A DNA stretch of 64,000 bases from Anaeramoeba ignava BMAN. Lineage: Eukaryota > Protista > Anaeramoebae. Within the stretch, counting starts at the first letter, position 1. Each line of letters begins with the position of its first letter. The notes beneath the pieces were generated by a model. The model saw only the letters and a list, made by a program, of their open reading frames with translations. It made no database searches and was not told the origin of the DNA. The position numbers were made by a program, and so were the translations under genes. Positions 60,701 to 64,000 of this stretch are shown here, piece after piece. The DNA lies in contig JAPDFW010000070.1 of the NCBI GenBank assembly GCA_028826165.1, positions 558,001-622,000 on the forward strand, given 5' to 3'.

Positions 60701-63700
60701 GAAAGCTGATCTGCGGCGATCTTGTCCGTTCCAATTTCCAAGAAAATCAGCGCATCTATTTCTTCAAACACATCGATGTCCCAATGTTTCCCCCGCTTCA
60801 CCACAAAAGAGGACAACTTCCTGCCAAAGGATCCATCTCTGTAAATATCCGTCTTGAAATACCTGCAAATACTCCTCTGCAGAAAATCATGAAATTCGCA
60901 GGTATGGAGAAGCCTCCGCCACGAAGAAAACTCCCTGTTGTCGATTCTAAATGCGCATTGAGAGTCTTTATCCGCAGGGCACGCGACCTTCCTTCTGCAG
61001 ACGTTATGGGCGCCAGCGATCCATACTGCACGTTCAAGATCGGCTCGTCAGAATTCAAGACTGAGATTATCAAAAATACTCTGCATCCCAAATGGAAACA
61101 GGAATTCATCATTCATGCCTCAATAGATGATCTCAAAAAACTGAAAATAAGCATCTGGGATTGGGACAGAGTCGGTAAAAACGATCTTCTCGGAAACTCC
61201 AAAATCAATATTGCGGATGAGATTTCTAAAAATTATGTCGAATTCACAAAAATATATGTCGTCAACTCATCACTTCCAGTTATGCCTCCAATTCATCCAA
61301 AATCAGGTCCTCAGCCACAACACGGCACGCTTGATATTTCCTTACGGCTCGAGTTTCATCCCGACTCGCAACCCTTAGAGATCAAGCAATATTGCGGTCT
61401 TGCTCCGCCTCCCTTCCGTTACAAAGTCCTCAACAAAGCAAAATCTTCGGATAAGAAAATTGTTGGTCTTTCAATCAAGGTTCACAGCGCAGCTAACATC
61501 CCCATTTCTGATGCTATTTCAGGTGCAAGCGATCCTTATTGTCATCTCAAATACATCGGAAAAGAATCAAAAACTAAAACTATCAAAACCTGTCTCTATC
61601 CTGTTTGGAAGGAAACTTTCTCCTTTTTCCCCACTTTTGAAGAACTCAAAAATTCAATTAAACTTGAAGTTTGGGATTGGGATAGAATCGGCAAAAACGA
61701 TTTTCTTGGAAGAGCCAAAGTTAGAATCCATCAATTAATTAAGAACATGATCCAAAACGGGAGATTGATTTATGAGGCGCCATACGAATCGCCAGTAAGA
61801 AAGTCAATAAACCCAAAGACAGGAGAACAATCAAATCAAGGCACAATCAGAGGCAAAATAAGAGTTGAATTTCCTGAAAATACAGAGTTTGAAGAGCTAC
61901 AGATGATCTGCGGTTTTATTCCTGAAAGACTTGACCGTATTTTACCTACTCAAAAAGACAAAATCGCAATTGCATTCAAAGTTAGTAAAGGAAGAAACAT
62001 TCCAATTTCTGATACAATTTCAGGTGCAAGCGATCCATATTGTCAATTCAAACATGGTGGAAAAGAATTCAAAACCAAAACAATTAAATCATCTCTTTAT
62101 CCAAGTTGGAAAGAAACATTTGTTTTACATTTAAGTTCTGAAGAACTCAAAAATTCAATTAAACTTGAAGTTTGGGATTGGGATAGAGTTGGTAAAAACG
62201 ATTTCCTTGGAAGAGCCAAAGTTAGAATTCATCAATTAATCAAGAATATGATTGAAGATGGAAAATTAATTTACAAAGCCACATACGAATCACCAATAAG
62301 AGAACCAATAAATCCCAAAACAGGGCAACAACTAAATCATGGAACAATACTTGGAAGGATAAGAGTTGAATTCCCTGAAAATACAAATTTAAATGAATTG
62401 AAAATGGCTTGTGGAATTATTCCTGAAAGATTAAAATACATTTTGCCTCATCAGGAAAACAAAATCGCAATTGCATTCAAAGTTAGTAAAGGGAAAAACA
62501 TTCCAATTTCTGATACACTTTCAGGTGCAAGTGATCCATATTGTCAATTCAAACATGGAGGAAAAGAATTTAAAACCAAAACAATCAAATCATCTCTTTA
62601 TCCAAGTTGGAAAGAAACATTTGTTTTACATTTAAGTTCTGAAGAATTCAAAAATTCAGTTAAACTTGAAGTTTGGGATTGGGATAGAGTTGGTAAAAAC
62701 GATTTTATTGGAAGAGCCAAAGTTAGAATTCATCAATTAATCAAGAATATGATTGAAGATGGAAAATTAATTTACAAAGCAGCATATGAATCACCAATAA
62801 GACTTCCAATAAATCCCAAAACAGGAGAACAACCAAATCATGGAACAATACTTGGAAGGATAAGAATTGAATTCCCTGAAAATACAGATTTAAATGGATT
62901 ACAAATGGCTTGTGGAATTATTCCTGAAGTATTGAAATATCAATTACCAACTCAAAAAAACAAAATCGCAATTGCATTTAAAGTTAGTAAAGGAAAAACA
63001 TTCCAATTTCTGATACACTTTCAGGATCAAGTGATCCATATTGTCAATTCAAACATGGTGGAAAAGAATTCAAAACCAAAACCATTAAATCATCTCTTTA
63101 TCCAAGTTGGAAAGAAACATTTGTTTTGCATTCAAATTTTGAAGAATTCAAAAAATCAGTTAAACTTGAAGTTTGGGATTGGGATAGAGTTGGTAAAAAT
63201 GATTTTATTGGAATTGCCAAAGTTAGAATTCATCAATTAATCAAGAATATGATTGAAGATGGAAAATACATTTACAAAGCAGCATATGAATCACCAATAA
63301 GACTTCCAATAAATCCCAAAACAGGAGAACAACCAAATCATGGAACAATACTTGGAAGAATAAGAATTGAGTTTCCTGAGAATACAAATTTCAAAGATTT
63401 GCAAATGGCTTGTGGAATTATTCCTGAAAGATTGAAATACGAATTATCTCATCAAAAAGATAAAATTGCAATTTCATTGAAAATTAGTAAAGGGAAAAAC
63501 ATTCCAATTTCTGATACACTTTCAGGATCAAGTGATCCATATTGTCAATTTAAACAAGGAGAAAAAGAATTTAAAACCAAAACCATTAAATCATCTCTTT
63601 ATCCAATTTGGAAAGAATATTTCACTTTTCATTTAAGTTTGGAAGAATTGAAACATTCAATTAAATTACAAGTTTGGGATTGGGATAGAGTTGGTAAAAA

Positions 63701-64000
63701 TGATTTTATTGGAATTGCAAAAGTTAGAATTCATCAATTAATTAAGAATATGATTGAAGATCAAAAGTTAATTTACAAAGCAACATACGAATCACCAATA
63801 AGACAACCAATTAACCAAAAAACAGGAGAACAACCAAATCATGGAACAATATTTGGAAGATTAAGAGTTGAATTACCAGAAACAACTGATTTTAATGAAC
63901 TGAAGATTGCTTGTGGAGTAATTCCTGAAGTATTGAAATATCAATTACCAGTTGAAAAAAACAAAATTGCAATTTCATTGAAAATTAGTAAAGGAAGAAA
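57736..64000 (+). CDS. Giant multi-C2-domain protein (at least 12 complete C2 domains, a 13th starting; runs off the window)
   Basis: Repeated SDPYC...KTK.IK..L.P.W.E.F...L..EVWDWDR.GKNDFLG motifs. The last units are near-identical 501-nt tandem repeats. A missing A at ~62995 shifts the frame, but the repeats continue intact to 64000. Confidence 0.9.

Noticed and set aside
62990-63000. Programmed ribosomal frameshifting (here and at ~45379, ~45970, ~50840)
   Set aside because: All lie in A-runs or tandem repeats, and neighbouring repeat copies show the intact sequence; typical long-read indel errors.
1-64000. Alternative genetic code or stop-codon readthrough
   Set aside because: Long genes translate cleanly with the standard code and end in TAA/TGA; apparent internal stops are explained by introns or indels.
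1-64000. Inteins, transposases, reverse transcriptases, tRNA or rRNA genes
   Set aside because: I saw no Hint-domain, DDE or RT motifs, and no GC-rich structured RNA-like segments. Small snoRNAs cannot be excluded by eye.

Overview
Very AT-rich, gene-dense eukaryotic (protist) genomic DNA with short GT-AG spliceosomal introns and abundant (CAAAAT)n/(AAAATT)n microsatellites; it is not prokaryotic. Composition, poly-NQ proteins, BTB-TLDc, RGS-DUF547 and ankyrin-BTB genes and an organelle-targeted ADP-forming acetyl-CoA synthetase suggest an anaerobic metamonad such as Anaeramoeba (inference only). I reconstructed about 17 genes by hand: DUF1015 protein, RGS-DUF547 protein, a secreted protein, PP2A B56, an ankyrin-BTB protein, two tandem BiP genes, BTB-TLDc, ADP-forming ACS, a WD40 protein, EPG5, a coiled-coil/FxDxF-repeat trafficking adaptor, fibrillarin, a hypothetical protein, an RNF5-like E3, an AGFG-type ArfGAP and a giant multi-C2 protein. 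The main finding is almost invisible in the ORF track: the ankyrin-BTB gene (13828-16923, minus) is built from one-repeat exons (five of exactly 96 nt) separated by pairs of single-codon (3-nt) AG|NNN|GT microexons. There are 17 microexons in total, including a 2-nt exon that is needed to keep the frame. They encode the variable beta-hairpin tip residues of each ankyrin repeat, which suggests a microexon-based system for diversifying a binding surface. Several single-base frameshifts and a garbled fibrillarin 3' half indicate long-read consensus errors.
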